A stretch of 61,877 nt of DNA, the filler included, from Choristocarpus tenellus KU-1152 (lineage: Eukaryota > Protista > Phaeophyceae), in the NCBI GenBank assembly GCA_964200185.2. It is 10 parts of 10 records of this genome, joined end to end, with 100 filler letters (N's around TTAATTAATTAA, not from the genome) between each part and the next. Parts side by side here need not be neighbours in the genome. Positions count along the whole stretch, not along the records: positions 1 to 11,245 come from CAXNAD020002430.1; positions 11,346 to 17,736 come from CAXNAD020008236.1; 8 more parts are not named here. One strand, given 5' to 3'. This document shows, one piece after another, positions 1 to 12,249 of this stretch. The stretch's first letter is position 1; each line of letters starts with the position of its first letter. The position numbers were made by a program, and so were the translations under genes. The notes beneath the pieces are model-generated. The model did not search any database. It was not told the origin of the DNA and was given only the letters and a program-made list of their open reading frames with translations.

Positions 1-40
1 CCCTCACAAACCACCCCCCCCCCCCAAGATACTTTGACCC
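1..40. mobile_element. MITE family B-type terminus
   Basis: C-tract + AGATACTTTGACCC. Confidence 0.6.
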
Positions 41-1952
41 AACTGTCACTCCGCAGTCGCTACACTACTCCAGAGTACTACTAGAATACGGACTCATCCC
101 CAGCATGGAGGATTATGGTGACATCTATTGCTACCTATTTCCGTATTTTTTTATTGTTACACGAACTCTACCTTATAAGAATTAGTTACGTACACCTGAT
201 GAGCGATAGAAAAATGGTCAATTGGTGGTATTTTATGATCCTCTTGACCCTTCACCCAACACAGATGTCACTAAATTTAGTATATCTAGCTCTTTGTAGA
301 CCTGTGAGTAACGTAATTAATACCATGTAGCGTAAATGATCCTCGCATGGAAATATCTGCGAGATACTACTATCACACTTATCTATGTTGCCATTCAGAT
401 CATCTTGGGTCTGAGCAATAGTTCTACTATCATCTTACATAGTACAACAGTGAGAAAACAATCGGTTGGATCGATCCTGGAAAAGTGGCACTATCAAGAA
501 GGCCAGAAGAACGTCTACCATGAGGAAAATATTCTAGATCCTCTTCACCATTAATCTTGTATTGTCAACTCAGTCATATCAATACACTTAACTAACACAC
601 GCGCGCGTGCACACACACATTTCATGTAACAGATGAAGCTCTTACAAATACATGTTTGCAAAAAAGTGTGTATTTGTGCTTATGTCACCCCTTCAACAAG
701 GAGTTTCTATCATGGCAACTGCTTACCTTGAAAAACCGTCACAATGTCGGCGCATGGACCCTAGCAATTGCTGCACTGGTAGAGAGAAAAGAAAACGGAA
801 TGTGAAGAGGATGTATGCATACTCCAATCCAGTTCATATCACATTTCAGCTAAATAGTACAGTAGCCCTTCGGTATACATGAGGACGGAACTACGGAACT
901 CTGTGTGGTAGAGGATGTTCATGCAAATACCATTGAGACGTTGCAGAGGAGTCATCATCAATCTTGATTTTCTTTGTGACCATTGCCCTGATGGACGGCA
1001 AGAAATCAATTGGTTGGGACCTCTTAATATTTCACGTGCACATGCAACTTTGAATGTAACTACCGTGATGTAGGATGCTCCTGCGAATGTCCCTCAGATC
1101 TGATCGGACCTATGTTGCCGCTTAGATAATCAATTTCGAGCCTGGCAAGAACTGTTTCATGTAGTAAACGATAAGAATAAAAATAAATTGTTGCTGGTGT
1201 GCGATGGTCACCAACCACTCCTTGTAGTGCGCATAATGTCGAAATCCTTGTGGTCTTCCATTCCGTAAGGCTGCCCTTGGACATACCTTTTAATGCAGCT
1301 AATGTAGATAAGGATGTACTATAGAATACTCTTACGAGCCCGTGAATATCCATCAGATGCTGCAGTAGTAGTAGAGTGTCAATTTTCCTGCTTAAAGGGC
1401 AGTTCTTGATAATGGTGACGGCTTCATACTGGTAAAACATTCAGAAGGTGTATGCGCATTTGGGACCTCTTAACCTTTTACTTTTATCGGGTGCAATTAC
1501 CCTTGGGCATTGTTTTGATGCATCAAACACACGTTACGGAAATTGCGGGAGGTTTACCTGTAAATACAAGATGACCATCACTTGCCTAGGTGATTATGTC
1601 AACACATTCCAGCACTTCAAGATCAACCTCTCATACTATGTATACCTTTGCAGGTGCTGGGTTGCTTGATCCGATCAATTCATTGGATCCCATGCATTCA
1701 AGGGTCTCAAGGCCACATCATCAACACAAAGTTGTGATCGCTATGCTGTTGGTACTGGCGGCTGTTTTGGGCATTAAGCCAATCAAGACCCATAGTATCC
1801 TAGAGAGTGGTACAGGCGTCCATTGAGAGCCTGTGTTAACCTATAGTAATTTTCATGTCATCTGAGTGAACGTATCAGATGTAAGGGCAATTAACTTCAT
1901 CTGAATGCACCTTTCTTTTCCATCCCCCTGCCTGAACTTGATCTGAAGGAAG

Positions 1953-2209
1953 GAGCCAAAGTATCTTAGAGGGTATAGCCGCGTCCATTTGGGGACCAAA
2001 CTCCAATGTCGCGATTTTTTTATTTTTGGATATCATATTGATTTTAAAGTGTCAATATCCTTGTTCCAGACACACCTTTTCATGACGTATACATTTTAAC
2101 TAGTCCAAAACATTTTGGAGTACGAAAGTGTCATAAAAAAAAGCACGGGAAGCCAAGACCCAAATGGACAAACAGGGCAAAACTCGTACCCTCTAAGATA
2201 CTTTTACTC
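1953..2209 (-). mobile_element. MITE family A (~257 bp), Sola-like, intact with 4-bp TSD GAAG
   Basis: Termini GAGCCAAAGTATCTTAGAGGGTA...TACCCTCTAAGATACTTTTACTC; GAAG at 1949-1952 and 2210-2213; body is the reverse complement of the copy at 60084. Confidence 0.85.
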
Positions 2210-3295
2210 GAAGTTCACTCGCGAAACGGACATCAAACTAGGATATCTTACAACACCCCATCAAGCCCCAAATGCACCGCTGCTGGGCTAAACACTCCCC
2301 CCTCTAAGATACTATGGCACTAAACTAACGATACAACAATGCCCTGCGCAGAAAAATGGCATTGTTGAGTCATCCCTTGTCAGCCTAGCCTTGAAGCAGG
2401 GCTAAGGTATGTTTCCGATGTGAGCGTTGAGCAACTATTTCGAATTAGCTCGAATAGAGTTATCCCCGAACTTTGTCAACTTTTCCCATCAAGGGGAGAG
2501 TAAGATTAAACTTAGGACACTCATTACTCATGGTAACCATCATGGTTCTTTCCAAATACTTCTAAAAAGATCAAGGTATAAATTACTCAAGGCAGTCTCC
2601 TCTCACCCAAACCAAGTTTATACCTGATAGAAGCATCAGATCCATCGTAACAAGTGTGCCATGGTGCCTCCTGTCGCCTTGCAACTACTAGCCAGTGTAG
2701 CCCTTGTCTTTGATTAGCCCGATGCCTTGCAGAGCCAAACTAGTGGGGGTATTACCCAGTATCGTTACTGATTCTGGGGTGATTTAGATGGTGAATTATA
2801 CATAGAAGTAGAATATTACTCTCCACTGGTCACTATCACGAAAGAGAGGACGCAAAGATCACTATGTACTATCGACAACCGGCCAAGGTCCACCAGCGCT
2901 AAAATAGTTACCTCGTTACAGGTGTCCCTTGCCTGCATCCATGTCACAGGATTGAGGCACTGCAGTGCGAGGATCTGGCAGCATCATCTATCTGTCGATG
3001 GTCAAGCTTCCCGTCCAGTTGTATTTGTCGAGAGTGCAATATCTGCACAATGCTGTACGAGTCAGTGAAAGCCACATTTTTAATACTGGTGAGGAAAATG
3101 TTTTTCTTTTCCAATAAATCTAAACACTGTGGAGTAAATCAGATACTATGCCACGCACTGCACAATGTTGACCAAGAAGGATGTATGAACCCGTCTCTGG
3201 GGGTGTGTGCAGCAAGGTCTTTACATACGGACGGACGGTGTGACAAATAGCCGTCGACCTTGCACCAATCAGAAGCAGAATCGTTTATCAATATA

Positions 3296-6200
3296 TCACT
3301 TGCTCTTTTTGTGGTTATGTCGATATTTCCTCTCCTTGCGACTGCTACTCTTTCGTGTCCTGTGCTTCTTTTCCTCTCTCAAGTCTTCATTTCTTTGACT
3401 CCCATCCTTGCTATGTCGACTCCTCTTGTTCTTCTTGTCCTTCTTGTCCTTCTTGTATATTCTTCGATCACCCTTGAACACGCTCTTCTCCTTAGTGTCC
3501 TTGGACAGCACAGATTCACTTTGGGCCACAAAGGCATGCTTGTGAGGTAGGTTTGTCACAGCATTCTCATGCTGCAAACCTTCACCCCCGCTCTCACTCT
3601 CACTTGAGTCAGAGCCATACCAGTTGTTTGGTTTAGGAGGCTTCTGGAATGGCAATGACTTCTCACCTGGCCACTGTGCACTACCTTTCACTCCTGCCAT
3701 TTGTACTGGATTTGTTGATGGCACCTCTATTTCAACAGAAGCCCTCCCTCCATGCCCAGCTTTTCCTCCATCTCCCTCTCCGCCCCCACCCTCTTCTTCA
3801 TCCTCAGATATAGAATCGGACTCAGACTCAGACTCAAATATACTCTTGAAAAGGTCAATTTTTGGCTTCTCTACTGGAGTTTCACCCGTCATATCTACAG
3901 GTATGTATGCCCCAGTTGCTGCCTTGTCAATGGCCAATGATCGAGATATTTCCAAGCCCTGTAGGAGTGATGCCTGAAGAGCAGGTGCAGGCTGAGATAA
4001 AGGGGGGCAGGGGACTCCTTCTCTAACAAAATTTTGAAAAGCAACCTCTCCAACCGTAGATACCGTTGCTGTATTTGCTCCATTGTCTCCCAGAGATGTC
4101 CAATTCACTTCCTTAGAAACAGCTGGTACTGGGACATTGAGTCTCTTGCACAGCAGAGGGACAGGTGACCAGGGTCTTGTAATCCGTACAGGGGTGATAT
4201 CGACAACCTTCATACCTTGTTCTGTTGCAACAGAACACTTATCACCTGAGGCACTACTGCTGACATTTGCAGTGCTCCCTGGCACCTTAGGCAAACTGAG
4301 TCCAGCAGGTCGCATTGATAGGTCATCTGTAGTGCTTGGGGTTCCCCTCTGAGTCTCTCCACTCCCCTGTATACCTGATGTGAATTTACTTGCCAAGGCC
4401 ATTTGAAGTCCCCCCACCCCTTGTTCCTGAGCAATGTTAGGAATATTGAGCACATACAACAGGTCAGATTGAAGGGGGTGATAGTGACTCTTGCCTTCAC
4501 CTAAATTGAAGGATTGCCTAGAATTTGTGGCACTGGATCTCCATGCCCCTTAAAATCGCATGTACACCCTTGGTTAAGCTATACGCCATATTCTAGCATT
4601 TAGAGGCTATGCACTTTGAAGGCACAACCCAACCCAAGACAACAGCTTACCAGACATTTTCACCAACCCAGGCAAATGCAAAGGGATCAGTGTGTGGGCT
4701 GAACCGGTTTCAATTTTTTCTGGCCCGTCCAGGCCACGTCTGATAGAGATTAGTTCGGGTCAGGCCATCGGCCGGCCCACAGCCACATCAAAAACACGGT
4801 TGGTATGAAATCGGTACAATCCAATCTCAGTACGCCTTCTCACAACAATGGGAGTGAAAGTGATTGAAGGTATATATTTCAAAATGCACTTATTCCCACA
4901 CACATTTGGGCTAATTTGGGACATATTATGACTGGGACAATCTGGTCAAAAAATACTTTTCGTGACCATGGCCGTCAATCACTCCAGGCTAAGGGTTGGG
5001 CTGGCACCAGTATGTTCTAACTGGGACAATCCACTGCCCTTGCTGCAGGTCCTGCTTACTATCCGGACAAATGAAAACTCCTGAAACTTAGCCAGAGAAT
5101 TCAAAATTTATTTCAATTTTGAGAGGAATAGGTAAGAACACCCATTGCCTACTCACCTGTCTCTCTATCCCACTGGATGCAAAAGAGTGGGTGGCACTGA
5201 TGCCTGTGCCCATTACTGCAGACATTGCAATATTAGCCTGAAGCTGCTGTGGGGAAGCTCCTCTGATTAGCTTGGCTGCTTGAAACGATGACTGAACAGA
5301 ACGAGTGGAGACTGATGAGCTCGTGGTAGAACGGGGTTCCTCCGCTAGGGAAGATGAAGGCACAGGCATAGATTGCTTCCACTGTGGCTCTCCACGAACA
5401 CTTGCACGCACCCTGGCATTGAGGGCATCAAAGTGAGGCCTTCCCTTTGCCTGATCCTGCGAGATAGGGCCTTCCCCATCCTTGAACGTATGAACAGGAT
5501 CGAAATTCATTGGTGGGGTTGGAGGTCTCCAGTGCTTTTGCTCAAAGTCAGCAGTCTCTGCTACAATAAAACCAGGAACTGGAAGCCTTCCGTCCGAAGG
5601 GCACCGTGCATACTTGCGAGATATGGCCTGTGAATCCATAGTCTCCCCCATTGTATCCAATGCCCAAGCATGAGCTGTTTCAGCTAGGCTTCTTCTTGCA
5701 GCAACCTGACTATCTTCGATGTCAAGGGAGTTGTCATATCCTTCCTTTCCCTCAGATCTCTCGTAAACATCATCCTCACCATCATCTAAAACAAACCCAT
5801 GGCTTCCTCGTACTTCCACAGGTAGCCTACCACTCTCACCCTGAGTTCCCTGGCAACCGTTCTTGGATACCAAATCTCCTGTCCTGTATATTGCTCTTCC
5901 ACCCATGTGAGATTCGCGTGCCCTCCGAGCATGCCCAAATTCTGGGGCATTCACGTAGGGATCATGCCCCACTCCATAGAGATCGTTCTTCGCCGTGATA
6001 TTCTTCACAAAACTTTCTGTATTTTCTGGGGCGAAGGTCAATTCTCCCTCTGTAAATAACGCCCTCGTATTATGACTTAGCCCTTCTCGGGCTGCATCAG
6101 GTATTTCATCACCCTCCTCGCCAATGCCTTTCTGCATCCCTCTCCTCCCTTTCCTCCGTCGCACGCGTCTGCCAACACCCTGCCCCTCCCTCCATCCCAT

Positions 6201-6940
6201 GGTTCTTAGCAACTTTTTCCCCATCGGGTCTCCGACAGGAACCACGAGCTCCGAGGGTGCCGGTCCTGGGATGGCACTTCTTGCAGCCTCTTGCGCCGCA
6301 TGCCGCCTAGCAAACTCAGCTGCAGTGGAGCCAAGTGTGTCATACTCGGGTTTTGCCTGACGAGATGTGCAATGGTGAATTTTCAACATGTGAGCAAACT
6401 GATCATTATATCAAATATCTTGGCACAAGTAACAGGGGAGGTGTAAACGTGTGATACCATGTAAACACCTTCCTGTCCTAATATAACACCAGAGAAAATT
6501 GTGACGGTCAAGCCCCACCCCCTCGAAAGATATGCAAAAACCGTCACCATGGGGTACAGGGCATCTTTGCCTGTAGATTCTCTGTAAGGAGACCGTCGTC
6601 GTCATCCATAAAGTCCTCCGGGCGCTGCACCCGATGTGAGGCACGCTTGTCGCGGGATGATGTGAAACTTGACGGCGTCCATCCCTCCGCCGTACCAACC
6701 TATTCGCATCAGGCGAAGAGCACCAACAGATCGATTCAATGCAATCAAAGCCATCCCATTCAGATTTTCAAGAAGTCAGCTATCAACCCTGAAGGTTGGT
6801 AGTCAGTTGCAAGAGCATGCCTACTGAAAGAAGGTGGAACCTAGCCTCACCGAGTTGAAGAAACCCGCCGAGAAGCCACCTGTGAATGCGCCATGGAATC
6901 TATCCAGTCGCTTACTAGCGGCTTTGCCGGTCGATTTCAT
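3296..6940 (-). CDS. GPATCH1: G-patch domain-containing protein 1 / TOUGH-like (4 exons, ~849 aa)
   Basis: Exons 6940-6851, 6699-6571, 6356-5157, 4426-3296 join in phase 0. Carries the N-terminal signature [41 protein letters not shown], the G-patch GKKLLRTMGWREGQGVG, W.P.PLLCKRLNVP and KPKIDLFKSIF motifs, and a Lys/Arg-rich tail. The true start could lie slightly upstream. Confidence 0.93.
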
Positions 6941-7119
6941 GTCCTGTGCATACACTTCTGACTTTGCACCTTGCCAATGGCGATTTAGATAGGAGATGAT
7001 ACAGAAATAGAATTACCTGTTTTGTGTAATTCTTGAGGGAGTTCCAGGTTTTTCTCTTGGATGTTTATGATGTGAAACTGTGGCAGATTGAGTTGGGGAC
7101 GATGTGAAGCAAAGAGAAT
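6941..7119. promoter_or_regulatory. Putative bidirectional promoter/5'UTR region between divergent genes
   Basis: Only 179 bp separate the inferred ATG of GPATCH1 (-) and the ATG of the secreted protein gene (+). Confidence 0.5.
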
Positions 7120-9208
7120 ATGTGCACCATCCTGTGGACCACGCTGGGCCTCATACTCAGTGCTATAGGGAGTATAAGGGCGGACACATGTCATACAATT
7201 TGTTCTGATATCCAGAAAACGGTCAATTTCAAGTCTGCATGCGCTCCCTTCCGAAATGTTATCCCAAAGCCAAAGGTAGGAACGATACTCGAGTCATCGT
7301 TTCTCCTGAGCCACTAATTAATCTATAATCATTGGATAGAGCGCATTGCTAACGCTGATAGGGAATTCCTTCTCGATAAGCTCCTCTAGACAGTTGTGTT
7401 TATTTTGTCCAACTCACTCGTTTTTGGTGGTAACTCCTTCAGGTGGCACGCCACTGTCAAAGTGGCTTCACTGCGGCGGTAGAGAAAAACTGCTATGACA
7501 CATGTACAAACGTTGGAGTCATCAAGCCCTATTTATGTGATTTGGGAAAGGATCAAGTCTGCTCTAGCTCCGTCAAAGCCGTTCCTCGGCCTGCGTGCCA
7601 CGATGCGTGTGTAGGGGGCTACCAAGCTGGGGTCGAGACCATGGCTCTTGAGCTGATAAAGAGAATGGACGAGGTGGGGGTCGACATGATAAACTCCGTC
7701 TAGGAGTTTTCTTTGCTGGTAATAGGCCAACCTCACTTCGTGAACAGTCGAATTTGTGCATTAGTTTGACAGGGAACAATCCCTGTGAACTGGATGGATC
7801 TAGGATGGGGATTTGGGGTAATTTCTCGACCCTGATGCTGTCTGTTTCTACTGTAGAGACGAAATAAGTTCCCAAAAGGAGGATTTAGCTGCTCGTAATC
7901 TACTGGGAACACACAACAACAACCCGGAATATACCCTTATCTTCGGCATGCTTAACCCCAACACTATACAGATTCCGCGAGGGTTCGCGACAGTTTTGGA
8001 AGAAACATCTCCAGCTCTTGTTCCGAGCCAGATCCCCACTGCCGATGAAGCTACCATCCAGGTAAATTGCTCTCATAAAATATATAGACGAAGTTACACC
8101 TCTGAAACGATCACCCATAGCGTGTTGTGAGAGGCTGTCACACTTGTGCCTTGTTCATAGTAGGAACAACACAGCACTTCCTTCAAGACAATATTACCCT
8201 ATTTCCTCTTGTTTAATCCATACCTCAGAGTGAAATAGAAGAGCCAGTCATGGGGACAGACGCGGAGCAGATGAGCAAGGTGCTTGCCATAGATATTATG
8301 GATGGCCTTTCCAACATTGTTGATAAAGTAAGAAGTTGCTGAGATTAAGCAGAGACAGCTTGCAAACGGATATGATGCCAAGGATTGAGAATGATGGCTC
8401 CATTGTACTACTACTGCTATCTTAACTAGCATTAAGCATTCTATGCTTTGATTTTTTGTTTTGGTAAGGAAATAATCGATAAAGCACTTCCCGCTCCTTC
8501 TCACCTCCCAAATGATGACATTATGCCTCTGTTACTATGGCATAATAGGAGCACAGGGAGCATACCCAAACACCACAGACTCTGGTGATGGAAGAACTAG
8601 ATAAGACACCACAGAATGACGAACAACCCCTTCCTCTTCTTGGTGATGAAAAAGAGGGGGGTGAAGTACATGAAGAAGTCAAGGCCATCTCCCAGGTTTG
8701 TGGTTACCTTGCCAACTCTTGGTGATTGTGCGATAGATTATACTGAGTTGAGGATGTACTCGAAGATCTGTCTTCCTAAACCACTAACTCAGTAGATTTG
8801 AGATGGTGAGTCAGTAGCACCTTCCTGTTTTGCTCCTGATTGGAAATCCCCTACATATATTTGGTGTTTGGAACTCTAAATAGGACCCAACAACATAAAA
8901 TCATAATAAAGGTCGCAAACCAAATGCTTCTAAATATAGTGATGCACTGAGAAATATGATGAATTTATGCTGAAATAACATGTTTCTGCTTTTTTCCCCT
9001 CCGATACATACAGGGTGCACTTCTCTTTTCCGTTCCGATCACCATTGATGACGAAGAATTCAACATGGATTTTTTCCTTGGCGAGAGTCCTGCAGACGTT
9101 GTCATGGCTTTTTGTGAAGAACACATGCCAAATGAGGTCACAGAATGTATGCAGGAGCTGTGGCTTGTCGTTCAGGACAAGATCCACGAGCACGCACCCA
9201 TTGAATAA
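7120..9208 (+). CDS. Predicted secreted cysteine-rich protein of unknown function (5 exons, ~272 aa)
   Basis: Exons 7120-7275, 7443-7673, 7972-8061, 8549-8695, 9014-9208, all GT-AG and phase 0, open to TAA at 9206-9208. Hydrophobic N-terminus MCTILWTTLGLILSAIGSIRA, Cys-rich region, acidic linker, C-terminal LFSVPITIDDEEFNMDFFLGESPADVVMAFCEEH domain. Confidence 0.8.
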
Positions 9209-10487
9209 AGCTGCAAAAAAGTAAAATGAATCATGTAGGGGACCCCAAACTAATGTTCTCAATCATGCTCGATCAGAACATTGTTGGTGGGTCACAGAGT
9301 GCTCGCTGTAGGTTGTATCTTTGCACTCTAAGTGGTACTCGAGGTTGAAGGTGATACCCACGAGAATGGAGAGGTTGTTTTTCATTTACATAATTATTTG
9401 TGAACGAGACATTGTATGCTTGTGATACCTTCAGGAGTGGGAAATATAGGATATGGCATTCACTTCTCTGACTTCCATGCTACCCTCTCAGAGTTTGACA
9501 AGGTCCAAATGACATAAGGGGATATATGTTGACTACACTCCAAGTAATCGGTTGTCAGATTCTTGCAGGTTTTTGCTTGCCATTTTTTGGTATTACTCTA
9601 TTGTAGGGAGGGAAATGTCACAGGCGATCGAATATACTGATTGTAAGAAGGGAAAGATTACCATGGAGGGATTCGCAATCAATAATCTTGGTATTGAGGA
9701 TGTAAATGAAATGTGATTAGGGAAAATGAGATAAGATAGAATTTCGTTTCCAGTCCTACATGTCTCTGATTTTCTAATAATATATGGAGACACCTCCTTG
9801 GCAATGCTGTGTAATTTAATACTGCCCTCCCCAGTCTCAACAAATAGAGCGAACAAGAAAAAATCCAGAAATGGTGAAATCTCTGACTTACATTATTGCC
9901 ACACATGCCATTGATATGGGACTATGAGTAATGACAATCACTTGGACCAGCTCAGTGCATATCATTACGAGTAGATAAGGGATTAATTTCTCCAATAGAG
10001 GCTAAGACAAGGCTCAGCCCCCAACAACTTCTCCGATGTTAGGACGACACCATGTGTGTTATTTAATCAGCCATATCAAGTACAGAATACTTATTGGTGG
10101 AGCTCTATGCGGGATATATATGGTGGCAAAGCTGGGTCTAGTAGCAACTAGTACCACTGTTGAAAGTTGGCACACATTGATACCACAATACTGAACCACA
10201 AATTATTACAACACTGTTGCAAGGTTTGGAGGTATTTATCTCAGCAATTTGACATTGCCCTGAGGACATTTCCTATTTTCCTTTCAAAATAGCCTGGTTC
10301 TTTATCGTTTGGTAAGCACCTGACCTTGCAGGATGTATCAGCAAAATGATACTGTGATGACGTTGCACATTCTCTTGGCTTCGGATGTTTGGGGCTGACA
10401 GGTAAAGAAATCGTCCATGGAAGTAGATGAAAAACTGCTGTAGAAACTCCAAACAAAACATTAACAAAGAATAGCCAAGGTACACTA

Positions 10488-10600
10488 GAGGTACCCAGGT
10501 TTTGACTGTTTTGCATTTGAAGCCAGTTTGTTCATCTTTTGTATTTTACTCTTATGTCTATGGATGAAGTACTAAGATTGACTTGAGAGAGTCGATTTCT
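10488..10600 (-). repeat. Family C repeat, diverged
   Basis: Reverse complement matches 36820-36930, including the GTACCTC end. Confidence 0.55.
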
Positions 10601-11154
10601 CTATTGTTTGAAATTTTGGACAGGATTCAAAAATTCCCTACACGCATTTGTACAAAACTCGATTTTTACGCATATTTGTCAGTGTCCTTCAAACGCAACA
10701 TTGGGTATCTCTTGTTTACTTTGACTTGAAGCACAGTATTTCAACAACTCGAAAGGTGGAAGCACAGCTCTAGAGACCAGGTCGCATGGAAGGGACACAC
10801 AAAGTATAAGGGTAGAGCTACAGCAGTTTTCACTGAATAAGAACCAGAAATAGAGCTACAGATTCACTCCTAATATATTGTTGTTGTTACAAAAGTGTGC
10901 AATGGTCTATATGTTGATCCTGTATAGCAATTTGGCAGATTGCCCAGTCCAGGATATGGAAAGAAGTCTACTGATAACAAGATTGCTCTCATTATGGTGC
11001 TGTTTGTACATCTGATGCACTTTGTTAGTTTCTTGTGTGTGGCATCAATATGTTATCATGTTCTACTCCATACCAATCAGAGCGCCATTGATACCTAGTA
11101 CAACCATTCCCCATCCGGACTGCTTGCACTACTAGCCTCTCATGAACGTCTCTT

Positions 11155-11245
11155 GACCCAAAGTATCTGGGGGGGGGGGGGGCCTACACCAGGGTGTCCA
11201 TTTGACCAAAGTCAGGAAAAGTGCATTTAAATTATCCATCCGACG
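11155..11245 (+). mobile_element. MITE family B, truncated by contig end
   Basis: GACCCAAAGTATCTG(n)CCTACACCAGGGTGTCCATTTG. Confidence 0.8.
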
Positions 11246-11345
11246 NNNNNNNNNNNNNNNNNNNNNNNNNNNNNNNNNNNNNNNNNNNNTTAATTAATTA
11301 ANNNNNNNNNNNNNNNNNNNNNNNNNNNNNNNNNNNNNNNNNNNN
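11246..11345. other. Artificial contig linker N44-TTAATTAATTAA-N44 (also 17737-17836, 23761-23860, 32956-33055, 37120-37219, 43030-43129, 48443-48542, 53844-53943, 58845-58944)
   Basis: Identical 100-bp spacer with a six-frame stop cassette, present nine times. Confidence 0.98.
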
Positions 11346-12249
11346 GGGGGTTGTTACAGAAAAAAAAAAAAAGCAGATTTTTTTTTACATCTTGGTTTGA
11401 TTTAAGAACATGCAGCAGAACTTTGAACAACGAAAAAAAACCCGCTGAGATATGAAAGGGTTTTTTTTTTCAAATGCCTTCTTTTCTGTTGAATTTTGGA
11501 AAAAAGATTGTGAACAGATGAAAACGTGAAAATTCGGCTTTTTAACAAATTGCTGGCTTACTACAACCGTTCGATCCACAAGCAAGCACTTCCTCCCCTG
11601 TTCCAAATATGCCATCAGGGTACAAATCAGCAAAGCCGTCTACCAGGGGGGAAATCTCTTCTCGTGTGTACGTGTTCATGATTTTCGGGGACCCGGTTTT
11701 TTCTGCAATTTAAGATGGAGTAATTTTTTTTTGTTTGGTACATGGTACATTATACAGTTGTACCCTTCACACCTGTGTACATGGCAGTTCCCCATTTTGT
11801 TCAGAAGTACTACTGCATTAATTGTACTATTACGCCTCGAAAGGTTGAGAAGGTATTACTTTGCTACTGTTAAAATAAAATAAAAAATCTGGAGCTTTGG
11901 ATGCTTTCGTTCCTAGAGCTTTTTCCCTTGGCAATGCACCGGCTTGGTTGCTACCAGGCTGGCGACAGGATATCACACCTATCTTAGTGCCTGCACCTAG
12001 ACTTTTGTGGGTGTGTGGGGGGGGGGTACCGTCCAAACTCCGTTAGTGTGTTTGTTGGTTTGCATATTGTGTACTGCTTCTGGGTGTTCAATTTGTGCGA
12101 GTACCTCTTACGCCACTGCCCCTGCCCCACCATCCTGCGGTGCCTAATTGTGCCCCCCTCCCGAACATCTGGTCAGGTTTCGTGCAGCAGCACGTACGAA
12201 GACGGATGTGGACAGCGGCACTTCCAACCAAGGGTTTCGATGCGCTTCC

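Noticed and set aside
700-1600. Possible hAT transposase relic on the minus strand
   Set aside because: Only vague motif echoes, with no TIR or TSD; cannot be supported without a search.
3260-6360. Plus-strand ORFs overlapping GPATCH1
   Set aside because: Antisense shadows of a long low-complexity coding region.
10241-10516. Gypsy RT/RNase H-like words (KCK..YLGYS..LSAP)
   Set aside because: Part of the match lies inside the family C repeat; the remainder is too weak.
11290-11301. Recurring palindromic TTAATTAATTAA flanked by Ns
   Set aside because: Artificial six-frame-stop linker used to concatenate contigs; not biological.
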